Shown: one piece after another, positions 16,419 through 25,971 of the stretch | Layout: the number at the start of each line of letters is the position of its first letter | Numbering within the stretch: the first letter of the stretch is position 1 | DNA from: Candidatus Heimdallarchaeota archaeon | Lineage (GTDB): Archaea > Asgardarchaeota > Heimdallarchaeia > Heimdallarchaeales > Kariarchaeaceae | Length of the DNA stretch: 58,938 nt | Direction of reading: 5' to 3' | Assembly (NCBI GenBank): GCA_015523565.1 | Contig: WAKA01000122.1 | Location: 1-58,938, forward strand | Notes under the pieces: generated by a model | Told to the model about the DNA's origin: nothing | The model's database searches: none | Seen by the model: only the letters and a program-made list of their open reading frames with translations | Translations under genes and position numbers: made by a program

Positions 16419-17255
16419 ATGAAACCTTATGATCGCCTTATTGGTTTATTGGGGATAAATGCATTATATTTTGTTTTAACTGATTCAGCATCACTAAGTG
16501 GAATTAAATTAGTCCCATTCAATTATTGGTTAGTGTTTATGCTTGCAATGGCATTTGCAATGGTAATTGGGGAGTTACAAAATAACGACAGTGGTAATTT
16601 AATATTTAGATTTGCAATTGTTCTTTCATTTTTTGCAGGGGTAATTATGGTATTCTTTCCTTCGGGAGTAACTCTTTCCATACCATTGTTATTTTTGCTT
16701 GTTATTGCACATCTATCGGGGATCGAGGGCTTCCTTTCAAAAAACAGAAAGGATAACAATTGGATACTTTACACATTGTTTTTGATTTCATTTTCACTAT
16801 TGACAGTATCTGGTCTGTTTGAGTTGCCAACGATATTGTTGCTGATATTTTTTATTGTAGGAGAAGTTTCATTCATAACTGGACTAGGATGGCTGATTTT
16901 CAAATACAGAAGTGAAAGAAATCTTTTGGTTTCCCTTGTGGCTGTCACCATTTTTTCAATAGTTATAGCTTCAGTTGCCACAAAATCTGACGTAATGTTT
17001 TTGGTGATTAATTTGGTTATTACAAGGGTTATTGGATCAATTTCCATGGAAGGGATCATTGGAGGAACTTTACTTTTCTTTCTTTTATTTACACAATTCA
17101 CACTCACATTTACTCTTTTCTTATGGAAAAAGAGATGGAATTTACTTGCATTGGGTTTAACAGGTCTTTCATTCACCTATCCGCCAACATTATTGCTTAG
17201 GAATTATCTGTTTCTTTTGATAACTGCCGAAAAACAGGAAGTTTTTGACCATTGA
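16419..17255 (+). CDS. Hypothetical polytopic membrane protein
   Basis: About 8-9 hydrophobic segments; upstream CTTATTAAG and AGGAG. Confidence 0.6.
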   Translation: MKPYDRLIGLLGINALYFVLTDSASLSGIKLVPFNYWLVFMLAMAFAMVIGELQNNDSGNLIFRFAIVLSFFAGVIMVFFPSGVTLSIPLLFLLVIAHLSGIEGFLSKNRKDNNWILYTLFLISFSLLTVSGLFELPTILLLIFFIVGEVSFITGLGWLIFKYRSERNLLVSLVAVTIFSIVIASVATKSDVMFLVINLVITRVIGSISMEGIIGGTLLFFLLFTQFTLTFTLFLWKKRWNLLALGLTGLSFTYPPTLLLRNYLFLLITAEKQEVFDH

Positions 17256-17616
17256 CTTCTTCAAATTCCATGACGACGGAAGACCCAATTTCAGGGGGGT
17301 TTTCATCGATATACCTTGCGAGTATTGGTTTACCAAGATCATGCATGTCCACCATTACAAGAAAATATGGATTTTCAAATCCCTCAGGTGGAACTTCAAC
17401 AAAAGAAAAACTTTCAATTGTCCCACTTTTTCCCAAATCCACCCATGAGATTTCTGTTCCAAAACATTGTGGACACAAAATCCTTGGAGGAAAGTGAAGG
17501 GAACCACATTTTTCGCACTTAGTTGTTCTAAATGACTCTTCATTCAGCCCATCCCAAAATGGTTTAATTTTCTCTGCTTTTTCAATGAAATAGGGGAATT
17601 CTTTAAGTGTGCCCAT
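17197..17616 (-). CDS. DUF35 Zn-ribbon/OB-fold protein (thiolase partner)
   Basis: KCEKCGSLHFPPRILCPQC and an OB-fold tail; directly downstream of a thiolase, with SD GAGGTGA in the thiolase 3' end. Confidence 0.9.
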   Translation of the reverse strand: MGTLKEFPYFIEKAEKIKPFWDGLNEESFRTTKCEKCGSLHFPPRILCPQCFGTEISWVDLGKSGTIESFSFVEVPPEGFENPYFLVMVDMHDLGKPILARYIDENPPEIGSSVVMEFEEVNGQKLPVFRQLSKETDNS

Positions 17617-17620
17617 ACAT

Positions 17621-18796
17621 TCACCTCTCATTACTCAAGATATGAACAACATGGTGAGTTGCAAAACCTGCAAGATTATGGGTAAGTCCGATTCTTGCAT
17701 CATCAACCTGTCTTTTGCCAGCCTTCCCTCTAAGTTGGGTAGTGATTTCCACAATTTGTGCAATACCTGTTGCACCAATTGGATGACCTTTTGCTTTTAA
17801 TCCACCAGAGGTATTGACAGGAAGACTTCCGTCAAGTCTGGATTCCCCATCCTCGATAAATTTACCGCCATTACCCTTTTTAGTGAAACCAAGATCCTCA
17901 TATTCGATTATTTCCGCAATAGTGAAGCAATCATGTGTTTCTGCCACATCTATATCTTTTGGTTCAACATTTGCCATTTTGTAAGCATCTTTGGCGGCTC
18001 TTTTTAGGGCATGCCATTCAGTAATTGAAGGCATGTTGGATATGCCTAACGATGGTTCTATTGATTGACCAGCGCCTTTTATCCAAATTGGTTGATCAGT
18101 GTACTTTTTTGCCAAGTCTCCACGGGTCAAAACAACAGCTGCGCCACCATCAGTTATAGGAGAGCAATCAAAAAGATTTAAGGGATCCGCAACCATCCTT
18201 GCATTCATTGCCTTCTCTAAACTGATTTCCCCCATTGAGTGGAACTGGGCCTTTTCATTTTTTGCGGCGTTACTATGGTTTTTGACGGCAACCATGGAAA
18301 GTTGTTCTCTTGTGGTTCCATATTCTTTCATATGTTTCCTTGCGGCAAGCGCAAATCCAGAATAAGCGGTGATGCCATTTATGGATTCATATTCAACATC
18401 AGGAACAATACAAAGCCCCTTATTTGCTTGTCGTGGATTATGAGTCATTTTTTCAAGTCCAACAACGACAGCAGTGTCTATCATTCCAGATTTGATTGCA
18501 GCCCATGCATTTCTGATAGCTGTGGAACCAGAACTGCATGCCATTTCAATTCTAGATACAATTTTTGGAGTTACTCCAAGTTCCTGTGCAGCGAGGTTTC
18601 CAACATGTGCTTGATCAACAGTAAGTTCAGGCATTGAAGCAGAAACATAAAGTCCTTCCACATCCTCAGGATGGATTTCATCCATTGTGAGAAACGCTTC
18701 GGAAGCAGCTTCCGCCAATAATTCACGATAGGTGACATCATGTCTTTTTCCGAATTTGGTCACACCCGCACCAACAATTGCAATATCGGATGTCAT
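17621..18796 (-). CDS. Thiolase, SCP2/AcaB-type acetyl-CoA acyltransferase
   Basis: IEMACSSG (catalytic Cys), ETHDCFT and KGHPIGATG. Confidence 0.93.
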   Translation of the reverse strand: MTSDIAIVGAGVTKFGKRHDVTYRELLAEAASEAFLTMDEIHPEDVEGLYVSASMPELTVDQAHVGNLAAQELGVTPKIVSRIEMACSSGSTAIRNAWAAIKSGMIDTAVVVGLEKMTHNPRQANKGLCIVPDVEYESINGITAYSGFALAARKHMKEYGTTREQLSMVAVKNHSNAAKNEKAQFHSMGEISLEKAMNARMVADPLNLFDCSPITDGGAAVVLTRGDLAKKYTDQPIWIKGAGQSIEPSLGISNMPSITEWHALKRAAKDAYKMANVEPKDIDVAETHDCFTIAEIIEYEDLGFTKKGNGGKFIEDGESRLDGSLPVNTSGGLKAKGHPIGATGIAQIVEITTQLRGKAGKRQVDDARIGLTHNLAGFATHHVVHILSNER

Positions 18797-18853
18797 TATT
18801 GAATTTTTAATATCAAGAAATTAAAATGGTTGGTTTCAAAATTTAAATTTTGA

Positions 18854-21220
18854 TTAAGTAAATAAGATGCAATCGCCAATAGTAGCCAAAGCAGGACAAA
18901 GTTTATGCTTATATTTTCGATGGACTGTCAAGATAGGTTCAATATCGACAAACAATGCAATAAGATTTATTTCAGCCAATGGAGTCAAATCAAGGGTTTC
19001 GAACCGATTATCAGTTAAATCCAAACTTTCAAGATCTATACCATTTAAGGGAGTAAGGTCTAAATATTCAAGAAGATTGCCCTTTAGGGTCAAAAATCTT
19101 AGGTTTTTAAGATAATGAAGGGGGGAAAGGTCTATATATTTAAGAAAATTGTCATTAAGATATAGGTCTTCCAAATTCAGTAATTTGCTCAAAGGACTCA
19201 AATCAATTTTTGTCAGCAGATTTTCCTGCAAATGAATTGATTGCAGGGACATACAACCAGACAAGGGATTCAGGTCTATACTCGTCAATTCATTTTTACT
19301 CAAGTAAAGTGATGTAAGAGTATGATGGTTGGTCAATGGTGACAAATCAATTGATTTTAGTTTATTCCCATGCAATGAAAGTGTAGCAAGATTTTTACAG
19401 GAACTTAGACTGGAGATATCTACAAAATGAAGGTTATTGTCATCCAAATTAAGTTCCTTAAGCTCATGTGTTTCTTGTAAGGGTTCTAAATCAATGGAAC
19501 TAAGGAAATTATCATTCAAAAAGAGGAATTCAATGGACGTAAGGTAAGTAAGCGGCTTTAAATCTATTTCTGAAAGAAGATTGCTTGACAATGAAAGTAA
19601 TTTTAAATTTGGAAATTTCATCAAGGTTGTAAGATTGATTTTTGACAAAAGATTATTGCTAAGATAAAATTTTTCCAGATTTGTCAAATACATAGTGTCT
19701 GGAATTTCAATTGTTTCAATCTTGTTGTTGGAAAAGTCAAGAACTCTAAGAAATTCATGGTTGGTAAGGGGTTCCAAATCTACTTTTGTCAGTTCATTTT
19801 CAGAACAAATAAGTCGTTCAAGAATAATAATATCACGGAGGGGTTCCAAATCCAATTCACGCAAATAGTTTGAACGTACATTCAATTGTGTCAGGGAAGT
19901 GAATTGCAATGGTTCAAGATCAAGGGAGAAAAGCTCGTTTTCATAAAGGAAAAGTTCCTCCAAGTTTTCACATTCTTCCAATGGGGTAAGGTCTATTGTC
20001 GTTAATTTGTTTGAATGCAATGCAAGAACCTTTAAATTCAGTTTTTCTGCCAATGGGCTTAAATCAAGGCTGGAAAGTTCATTTTCAGATAAATAAAGTA
20101 TTTCAAGGTCTTCCGAATTGGATAATGGTCTTAAATCCAATTTCTTGAGTTGGTTTTTATGAAGATAAAGAGAATTAAGGTTTAATTCCTCCAATGGAGA
20201 AAGATCTATTGCCATAAGTTTATTTGAGTAGGCAGATATCTTTTTTAGGTTTTTACTATTCTTAAGAGGGCTCAAATCAAGAGTTTCTAGACTGTTTTTA
20301 TAAAGGTAGAGTTCTTCAAGACCGATACAATCACTTAATGGAGAAAGATCAATTTTTGTGATTTTCGTTTCATTAATTGCCAGCAAATTAAGATTGTGGG
20401 CGATTTTTAGAAATCCCAAGTCAACTTTGGTAAGTGGATTGCTTCCGAGCCATAATTTTCTCAAATTTGCACATTTTTTTAATGGAGAAAGATTGACTTT
20501 TTCGAGCTTGTTTTCTGAAATGTTCAGGGTCTCCAATGACGTCCAATTTGCAAGACTTGTAAAATCAATACGTGTAAGAAGATTATTCCCTAAGTTCAAA
20601 TATTTTAATTTTGTACAATCCTTCAAAGGAGTCAAATCTATCGTTAAAATTTGATTTGAATTCAATCCAAGAATTTCCAGTTCCTTGAGTGATTGAAGTG
20701 GTTTGAGATTGACGTTAAACAGGAAATTATGTGAAATAACAAAGATCTTCAAGTTCGGGAAATTCTTCAGTGTTTCAAAGTTAAAATGGGAGATTTCATT
20801 ATGATCAAGCCAAATTTCCTGAAGTGTATCAGAATTATATTTAATCGGGAAAGCAACATCAGTCAACTTATTCCGTGAAAGTACAAGTTTTTTCAGGTTT
20901 TTTAGTTTCTCTATGCCATTGAAATCTATGTAAGACAAACCATTCTTGTCAATCCAGACAACTTCAAGTGTCGGGGCATATGCAAGTTGTTCAAATGAAA
21001 GAGAAAAAAGGTGATTTCCACTAAGCTTTAAATATTTGAGGGAGGACATTTCTTTTAACGATTCAAAAGAAAGTGAAATGAGATTGAAATTTGAAAGATC
21101 CAAGGCCTCTGCATCTGGATCCACTTCAAAAGCAATGGATTTTCCTTCAAGTTCAGATCCAGTGAAAGTGACCATAAGCAAATCTTGATTGGAATAGCTA
21201 TAAAGATTCTGGATTGCCAA
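18854..21220 (-). CDS. Leucine-rich repeat protein (about 30+ tandem 22-aa LRRs)
   Basis: Repeat LxxLxLxxNxLxxIDLxPLxxxxx runs nearly the whole length; no signal peptide or catalytic domain. Confidence 0.93.
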   Translation of the reverse strand: MAIQNLYSYSNQDLLMVTFTGSELEGKSIAFEVDPDAEALDLSNFNLISLSFESLKEMSSLKYLKLSGNHLFSLSFEQLAYAPTLEVVWIDKNGLSYIDFNGIEKLKNLKKLVLSRNKLTDVAFPIKYNSDTLQEIWLDHNEISHFNFETLKNFPNLKIFVISHNFLFNVNLKPLQSLKELEILGLNSNQILTIDLTPLKDCTKLKYLNLGNNLLTRIDFTSLANWTSLETLNISENKLEKVNLSPLKKCANLRKLWLGSNPLTKVDLGFLKIAHNLNLLAINETKITKIDLSPLSDCIGLEELYLYKNSLETLDLSPLKNSKNLKKISAYSNKLMAIDLSPLEELNLNSLYLHKNQLKKLDLRPLSNSEDLEILYLSENELSSLDLSPLAEKLNLKVLALHSNKLTTIDLTPLEECENLEELFLYENELFSLDLEPLQFTSLTQLNVRSNYLRELDLEPLRDIIILERLICSENELTKVDLEPLTNHEFLRVLDFSNNKIETIEIPDTMYLTNLEKFYLSNNLLSKINLTTLMKFPNLKLLSLSSNLLSEIDLKPLTYLTSIEFLFLNDNFLSSIDLEPLQETHELKELNLDDNNLHFVDISSLSSCKNLATLSLHGNKLKSIDLSPLTNHHTLTSLYLSKNELTSIDLNPLSGCMSLQSIHLQENLLTKIDLSPLSKLLNLEDLYLNDNFLKYIDLSPLHYLKNLRFLTLKGNLLEYLDLTPLNGIDLESLDLTDNRFETLDLTPLAEINLIALFVDIEPILTVHRKYKHKLCPALATIGDCILFT

Positions 21221-21223
21221 ATT

Positions 21224-22147
21224 TTACTTGTAAACATCAAAATCCTCATGAAGTTTTTTTAGAAAAACAGGCGCGTGATATGTTGCCAACACTTGGATTA
21301 CAAGTGCAGGTATTGGTTTAAAACGTTCCATAAAATAAGTATAAGTGTCCAAATTGATTTCATCAGGCAATGAATATAAATCATGGAGCACCTCAGTAAT
21401 AAAAATATCGTATATCGGATAAGTGTAGATTCTAGCGCAGTATGTCATTAAAGCTCTAGCCATAAACTCTTTAATACCAGGCATATACCTGAGTTTTTTG
21501 AATCCTCTTTCAGGAACAGGATAATAAGTAAATATTTCAGCATCTTCAATTGCCTGTACAGAGTTATAAAAATGCGTTACATTCCCTTTTACACCAAATT
21601 TTCTCCAGTCATCAATGCTAATGGCAAGCAATGTTTCCCTCGAGGGAAATGAAAAACGTTTGGAATTCCAAGAAAGTCTATTTCCGTAAGTTTCCATGAA
21701 TTTTTTCATTAGAATATAGTTTTTGGGAACAGGGAAGTATTTTGAAAAAAGGATTTGCATGAATGCCTCATCAAAATTTGAATTGGCAAATAACCTGAAT
21801 CCAGGAACACTGAACAATGCTTTTTTGAAAACAGGGTCTTTTGCAGCAATTACTTTTAACGGTCTGAGATTTTCTTCCAATCCCAATTCAAATTTCAATC
21901 GTTCACGGATTTCCTTGATTTCCTTTTCATTCAACGCCTCTTCAGAGTGAACACGAACAGACATTTCAGTTGAAGGTCGAACTGGTTGGTAAACAATAGC
22001 ATTGCATACTTTACCAGTATAAAGATTAAAAACACGATCCCATTGGTCTGATCCCATTGGAGTATATACAAAGAGATATGGTTTGAAAATACCTATATCT
22101 ATTGGAATCGTTGTTTCCAAAGTGAATTCTTCTGTAAAGATTGCCAT
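21224..22147 (-). CDS. HhH-GPD DNA glycosylase (AlkA/Ogg1-like)
   Basis: Ogg/AlkA N-terminal architecture, FSFPSRETL, divergent HhH LRYMPGIKEFMA and downstream YPIYD Asp. Confidence 0.7.
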   Translation of the reverse strand: MAIFTEEFTLETTIPIDIGIFKPYLFVYTPMGSDQWDRVFNLYTGKVCNAIVYQPVRPSTEMSVRVHSEEALNEKEIKEIRERLKFELGLEENLRPLKVIAAKDPVFKKALFSVPGFRLFANSNFDEAFMQILFSKYFPVPKNYILMKKFMETYGNRLSWNSKRFSFPSRETLLAISIDDWRKFGVKGNVTHFYNSVQAIEDAEIFTYYPVPERGFKKLRYMPGIKEFMARALMTYCARIYTYPIYDIFITEVLHDLYSLPDEINLDTYTYFMERFKPIPALVIQVLATYHAPVFLKKLHEDFDVYK

Positions 22148-22190
22148 GTATCCTGATTTAATAGTTTAGAGAAGGTAAATTTTAAGCTTG

Positions 22191-23117
22191 TTATTCTTTT
22201 TCTTCTTTGAGCAAGCCGTGGTTGATAAGCATCTTGAATTCTTCGAAACCCAATCGTTCTCCAGCCTCGTATTTCTTTTTCACAAGTGTTGCCTTTAGCA
22301 GGGTTTCTTCCTCTTGTTTCTTCTTCAGGTCTTGTTGTTCTTTTCTCTTTTCCTTGCTTGTCTTTTCGCCAAGCTCTTTCCTAATTGCATCAGCCTCTTT
22401 CGTGACTTTGTTGATTTCAGCCCTGATTTCACGGATCTTATCATACATTTCTTGGACGAGCCTATGTTGTTCATCAGCCAATTTCTTGTATTCATTGGAC
22501 TCGTTAAGCAGTTCAATCATTCGGTCATGATGTTTCTGGGATTGTTCGGCAAGCTTTGTCACTTTTTTGTGATGGGCTCGTGCATTGTTTCGATGCATTC
22601 TCAGCCTTTGTTGGATGGCACGCATTTCTCCTTTCAGCTCGGTAGCGCTAGCCATGGTTTCAAGTTTGGTATAAAGGTTTTCCAATTCCTTTATGTATTC
22701 TTTTTCCTCCTCTTTCGTAAGGTCAGGCTTTGTCTCCATCTCAAGTTCAATCTTGTTGATTTTATCCATGATTCGCTTTGTTTGATTGCGTCCTGCCTTG
22801 CTAAGGGAGATACCCTTTTCTTCCATTTGTTTTTCCAAGGCTTCAAGCTCAGCAAGCGCTTTTGCCGCATCTTCTTTACTCATATCACGTAAGGCCTTTT
22901 CAAGTTTCACTTCCTCATTGATTTTGTCTCGTTCCTCACGTTCTTTCTGAGCGGCCAAGAATGCCTCTTTTGCCTTAGTATTATATTCTGTTCTCTTTTC
23001 ACGGTATTCAGCTCGCTTAGCTTCGTATTCTCTTACTTCATTGATTAATGCCTTGCGCTTTTCTCTCAATTCATTGAGCAGTGTTCTTTCTTTTTTGATG
23101 TCCATTGTGGCTGACAA
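22191..23117 (-). CDS. Conserved archaeal coiled-coil protein (COG1340-like)
   Basis: Continuous heptads, HHKKVTKLAEQSQKHHDRM and C-terminal KKYEAGERLGFEEF; TTG start with SD GGGTGA. Confidence 0.75.
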   Translation of the reverse strand: MSATMDIKKERTLLNELREKRKALINEVREYEAKRAEYREKRTEYNTKAKEAFLAAQKEREERDKINEEVKLEKALRDMSKEDAAKALAELEALEKQMEEKGISLSKAGRNQTKRIMDKINKIELEMETKPDLTKEEEKEYIKELENLYTKLETMASATELKGEMRAIQQRLRMHRNNARAHHKKVTKLAEQSQKHHDRMIELLNESNEYKKLADEQHRLVQEMYDKIREIRAEINKVTKEADAIRKELGEKTSKEKRKEQQDLKKKQEEETLLKATLVKKKYEAGERLGFEEFKMLINHGLLKEEKE

Positions 23118-23148
23118 AATTATTCACCCTTAAAAAGCCATGTACAGT

Positions 23149-23209
23149 TGGATTCAATTCGGCAATAGCATCTCTGGTTGAATTTAATAGAATGCCGAGT
23201 TGAAACCCA
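23149..23209. other. Intergenic inverted repeat / stem-loop
   Basis: TTCAATTCGGCA (23153-23164) and TGCCGAGTTGAA (23193-23204) form 12 bp with one G-U on the + strand, extendable by TGG/CCA. Confidence 0.55.
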
Positions 23210-23272
23210 CATACTATAATTGCGTATTAATTGGTTTAATATAAACAAGTCGATATAAAACAGATAGATGAT

Positions 23273-23387
23273 TCAGATTTTCCTATCAGACTTTCAATTG
23301 TGCATTCGACACATCATTGGAGGTTATTTCCCACAAATATGTGTGGACAGACAATACAATCTAAGAGAAAATTGTTTCATCACTCAG
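23273..23387 (-). ncRNA. Candidate box C/D-like small RNA
   Basis: On the minus strand: box C GUGAUGA (23383-23377), C'-like AUGAUGU (23317-23311), box D CUGA (23289-23286, with a second at 23276-23273), internal hairpin CCACA/UGUGG and a TATA-like TTTTTATC ~30 nt upstream. Confidence 0.3.
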
Positions 23388-23447
23388 CTTAAATCAATTC
23401 CCTTTAGCATAATTGATAAAAACTTCAAATAATATGACAATCCATAA

Positions 23448-24578
23448 ATGTCACGAAAATTAATTTTTAGCTCAGAATCTGTTACAGAAGGTCATCCAGA
23501 TAAAATTGCAGATCAAATATCTGACGCAGTGTTGGATGCAATGTTGAAAGACGATCCAGATTCTCGCGTTGCATGTGAAACATTTGTAACAACAGGGATG
23601 ATTCTTATTGGTGGCGAGATTTCTACGGATACTTATGTAAACCTTAACCATTTGGCCAGAGAAGTGGCAAAGGATATAGGATATGTGCATCCAGACATGG
23701 GATTTTATTATAAGGACATTACAGTCCTCAATGTCATACATGAACAGTCGGTAGATATTGCACAGGGAGTAGTAAAGCCAACTCCAGAAGAACAGGGAGC
23801 TGGTGACCAAGGCATTATGTTTGGTTACGCCATTGACCATACAGAAACCCTAATGCCAGTGCCTATCACATTAGCCCATGGTTTGACAAAAGGAATGGCT
23901 GAGTTAAGAAAATCAAAGAAAATTGAGTATTTGCGTCCAGACGGAAAATCTCAAGTTGCTATGAAATATGAAGACGGAAAACCAATAGAGGCAGTCAAAA
24001 TTGTAATTGCGGCACAACATGAAGAGGGGGTTTCACAGGAAAAGATTAAGGAAGATCTTACAGAATATCTTATCAAGCCCGTCCTTGGAGAGTATTATAG
24101 TGATAACACAGAAGTGATTGTAAATGGAACAGGCAAATTTGTCATTGGAGGCCCTCACGGGGATGCAGGACTGACTGGACGAAAAATTATTGTGGATACC
24201 TATGGAGGGGCAGGATATCATGGAGGAGGAGCATTTTCTGGAAAAGATCCCTCAAAGGTAGATAGATCGGGATCCTATGTTGCAAGATATATTGCCAAGA
24301 ATATTGTTGATGCAGGATATGCAAGTGAAGTGAATGTCCAAATTGCCTATTCAATAGGAGTTCCTGAGCCATTTTCATTCTATGTGGATACAAAGGGTAC
24401 AGGGACAATCCCTGATGAGGAAATTGAAAAGAAGGTATTGAAAGAGATAGACTTGAGACCAGGATTGATAATTGAAAGATTGAACCTGAAACGACCCATT
24501 TATAGATCAACGGCAACATATGGGCATTTTGGAAGAGAAGACTTGGACGTAAGTTGGGAAAAACGAGATCTCTTTTAA
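23448..24578 (+). CDS. metK: S-adenosylmethionine synthetase, bacterial/eukaryotic type
   Basis: SESVTEGHPDKIADQISD, GAGDQG, LRPDGKSQV, GLTGRKIIVDTYGG and GGGAFSGKDPSKVDRS. Confidence 0.97.
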   Translation: MSRKLIFSSESVTEGHPDKIADQISDAVLDAMLKDDPDSRVACETFVTTGMILIGGEISTDTYVNLNHLAREVAKDIGYVHPDMGFYYKDITVLNVIHEQSVDIAQGVVKPTPEEQGAGDQGIMFGYAIDHTETLMPVPITLAHGLTKGMAELRKSKKIEYLRPDGKSQVAMKYEDGKPIEAVKIVIAAQHEEGVSQEKIKEDLTEYLIKPVLGEYYSDNTEVIVNGTGKFVIGGPHGDAGLTGRKIIVDTYGGAGYHGGGAFSGKDPSKVDRSGSYVARYIAKNIVDAGYASEVNVQIAYSIGVPEPFSFYVDTKGTGTIPDEEIEKKVLKEIDLRPGLIIERLNLKRPIYRSTATYGHFGREDLDVSWEKRDLF

Positions 24579-25885
24579 GGAGAAATCCTGTTCAACATTC
24601 TTGGATAAAGTGTAGCCTCACGGATATGGTCAAGTCCAAGTATCCATTGAACAAAACGTTCCAATCCAAGACCAAAACCGCTGTGTGGAACAGAACCATA
24701 TTTCCTTAGGTCCATGTACCAATAATAATCATCAGGATTGAGAGGTGGATCCATACTTTTCATTCTTTCTAGCATACTTTCAATATCTGTTTCCCTTTCT
24801 CCAGATCCAATAATCTCCCCTAGACCCGGAAATATGAAATCCGCAGAATTTGTTACTTCGGGGTTTTTCTCGTTGATTTTATGATAGAACGGTTTCATTT
24901 TTGTTGGGAAATGACAGAGAATAATTGGAACACCAAAATGTTCAACTAGAGTTCGTTCAGGAGCATCGGAGATATCTTCACCATATTCTATTTCAATGCC
25001 TTTCTCCTTAAGAATTTCAAGTGCCTCTTTATAAGTCACTCTCGGAAAGGGTTTTGTTGGGATTTCCAAATTCCTTCCAAACAAATCAAGAAGTTCCTTG
25101 TCATTTTCCTTGACTTTCTTCAATACATAGATGATATAATCTTCAAGATAATCAAGAAGCCCTTCAAAATCCATGAATGCATATTCGCCTTCTACATGTG
25201 TATATTCTGTGAGATGTCTGCGAGTCCTGCTTTTCTCAGCACGATAAGAGGGTAAGATACAGAAAACATCCCTTAGAGAAAAGATTGCAGTTTCAAGATA
25301 AAGTTGGGAGGATTGAGTAAGATAGGCTTTCCTATTGAAATACTGAATTTCAAATAGTTCTGCACCACCCTCTGCTTGAGCCTCAACGATTGTAGGGGGG
25401 GTAACTTCAACAGCACCCCTTGAATTGAAAAATTCTCTGGAATATTGAAGAACCTTTGCACGCAATCGAAGAATGGAGGATGTTCTGGGGCCTCGAATTA
25501 CAATATGGCGTTTTGAAAGTTTTGTGTCAGCACCCGCATCGGGAGGGACAAGCTGATCAAATTCTTCAGCAGAAGGATGAAGAATTTCAATTGTCTTTAC
25601 AAGCAATTCAAATCCATATTTTGCTCGTTTATCTTCCTTTAGTTCTCCTTTGGCAAATAATGATGCACCCCTATAAAGACCCGCCACATCTGAGAAATCT
25701 GGTGACTCAAGAACATTTTTTTTGACGGTCAACTGCAAGGTTTTATAGGTACTTCCATCAAACATCTCTATGAAAATCAGTTTCCCCTGTTTTCGGATTT
25801 GCCATATCCAACCTGCAATGACTATTTCTTTGCCAACATGCTTATCTAAGTCAACAATTTTAACTAAATTGCTTGGAATTGCCAT
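24575..25885 (-). CDS. asnS: Asparagine--tRNA ligase
   Basis: OB-fold N-terminus, EGGAELF, YLTQSSQLYLE, YRAEKSRTRRHLTEY and YGSVPHSGFGLGLER. Confidence 0.95.
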   Translation of the reverse strand: MAIPSNLVKIVDLDKHVGKEIVIAGWIWQIRKQGKLIFIEMFDGSTYKTLQLTVKKNVLESPDFSDVAGLYRGASLFAKGELKEDKRAKYGFELLVKTIEILHPSAEEFDQLVPPDAGADTKLSKRHIVIRGPRTSSILRLRAKVLQYSREFFNSRGAVEVTPPTIVEAQAEGGAELFEIQYFNRKAYLTQSSQLYLETAIFSLRDVFCILPSYRAEKSRTRRHLTEYTHVEGEYAFMDFEGLLDYLEDYIIYVLKKVKENDKELLDLFGRNLEIPTKPFPRVTYKEALEILKEKGIEIEYGEDISDAPERTLVEHFGVPIILCHFPTKMKPFYHKINEKNPEVTNSADFIFPGLGEIIGSGERETDIESMLERMKSMDPPLNPDDYYWYMDLRKYGSVPHSGFGLGLERFVQWILGLDHIREATLYPRMLNRISP

Positions 25886-25971
25886 TTTTTGATCTAAGTT
25901 GCAGAGAATTCTAATACCTATTAAAGTGTCGGTATGAATTGCAATCGGTTTTAAATAATCTTTTACAGATT

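Noticed and set aside
18854-21220. 66-bp periodicity as a non-coding tandem repeat or array
   Set aside because: It is fully explained by the 22-aa LRR coding repeat.
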